From positions 4,329,468 through 4,393,467 of the forward strand of contig CAJINV010000008.1 of the NCBI GenBank assembly GCA_905178155.1: 64,000 nt of DNA, given 5' to 3'. How positions within the stretch are numbered: position 1 is the stretch's first letter; the number at the start of each line of letters is the position of its first letter. Positions 63,701-64,000 of the stretch are shown here, piece by piece. The stretch is from Amoebophrya sp. A120 (taxonomy: Eukaryota > Protista > Dinoflagellata). Position numbers and translations under genes: made by a program. A model generated the notes under the pieces. It did no database searches and was not told the origin of the DNA. It worked only from the letters and a program-made list of their open reading frames with translations.

Positions 63701-64000
63701 ATGCAAAAAATGCGCAACGACAGGAACATTTGGAATGCGCATCTCCATGAGAGGCATTTCCAGTCGTGTTTTGGCATTTGTAATGCTGTAAACAGGATGA
63801 GAAAGTGGCTTTCTCATGCGGCTTCTCTTAATAGCCAGCACTGCATTGCAGATGGAAACTTCTCATGCAGAACTCCCAAAACTCGGGGATTTGTGTTGCA
63901 GACTTCCCATCTTGACTATGGTGTGGGGACGTTTTTACATGGGATATAAGTCGAAGGTAATTTCTTGCAGCTCTTCCAGGGCTTTTTGGTTTCTGGTCAG
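54800..64000 (+). CDS. Large secreted or surface Cys-rich protein: signal peptide, Thr-rich linkers, PAN/apple-like domain, four ~160-aa Cys-rich repeats, LamG-like start; runs off the window
   Basis: MPTTTSYFFQPVFLFIVLQLLVPRPSDA signal-like; WCRQQCNALPGCNFFSY...CFLF (PAN-like); repeated WSRNYxCHxDYERD...FQQASCWPRCTQxGVC...DICCHTGC; EEFTYEAWIYP. Many introns. Confidence 0.75.
54901..55179. mobile_element. Introner family A copy (inverted orientation), perfect 32-bp TIR, TSD TACAC
   Basis: tattctgagtaaaaacgtacccacaccagagt at both ends (inverted). tacac at 54896-54900 and 55180-55184. Removal gives GFYT-FSSAMKMKDT. Confidence 0.93.
55217..55462. mobile_element. Degenerate introner with family A-like ends
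   Basis: tattctgcgtaaaaatgtaccta / taggtgcgtttttagagaggata. Removing the element plus 5 bp gives the open frame DTIKMREYEHVMR. Confidence 0.7.
55827..56120. mobile_element. Introner with TSD TTCCA
   Basis: TAT...ATA ends with ttcca on both sides. Removal joins DFLASGSIS to MASIGEDP in frame. Confidence 0.8.
63018..63257. mobile_element. Degenerate introner family A copy
   Basis: Right end ggtggggacgcttttactcaggata and internal ccccatgagaagcatttcc...gtgttttagaatctgtaatgc match family A. The left end is eroded. Confidence 0.65.
63333..63482. mobile_element. Introner family B copy (150 bp), TSD ACGCA
   Basis: tatgcattgcaaaag ... ttgcattgcata. acgca at 63328-63332 and 63483-63487. Confidence 0.85.
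63662..63946. mobile_element. Introner family A copy, TSD TAAGT
   Basis: tatcatgtgtaaaaacgtccccacc ... ggtgtggggacgtttttacatgggata. taagt at 63657-63661 and 63947-63951. Confidence 0.9.

Overview
Eukaryotic, gene-dense genomic DNA, not prokaryotic. It mixes GT-AG introns with many non-canonical introns bounded by inverted repeats and short direct repeats. That architecture, plus the gene style, suggests a parasitic syndinian alveolate such as Amoebophrya (inference; no database search was run). Recognisable genes are a LisH+AAA katanin p60-like protein (KATNAL2), a cAMP-dependent protein kinase regulatory subunit (PKA-R), a GH47 alpha-1,2-mannosidase, and a large secreted Cys-rich repeat/PAN/mucin protein. 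Several large hypothetical proteins are also present. Mobile DNA includes a full-length but decayed Ty1/copia LTR retrotransposon (21513-27710, TSD CAAAC) inside a host exon, and at least a dozen MITE-like introners with TAT...ATA ends and 5-bp target duplications. There are also three insertions flanked by long (22-36 bp) direct repeats, two of them patchworks of captured local gene fragments, and three hairpin or palindrome tandem arrays. The most interesting hypothesis is that very different inserts (150-bp MITEs up to a 6.2-kb retrotransposon) sit in coding exons whose reading frames are restored by removing the insert plus one direct-repeat copy. This would point to structure-guided, orientation-independent excision. 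All coordinates and alignments were done by eye and exon boundaries need RNA-seq confirmation.
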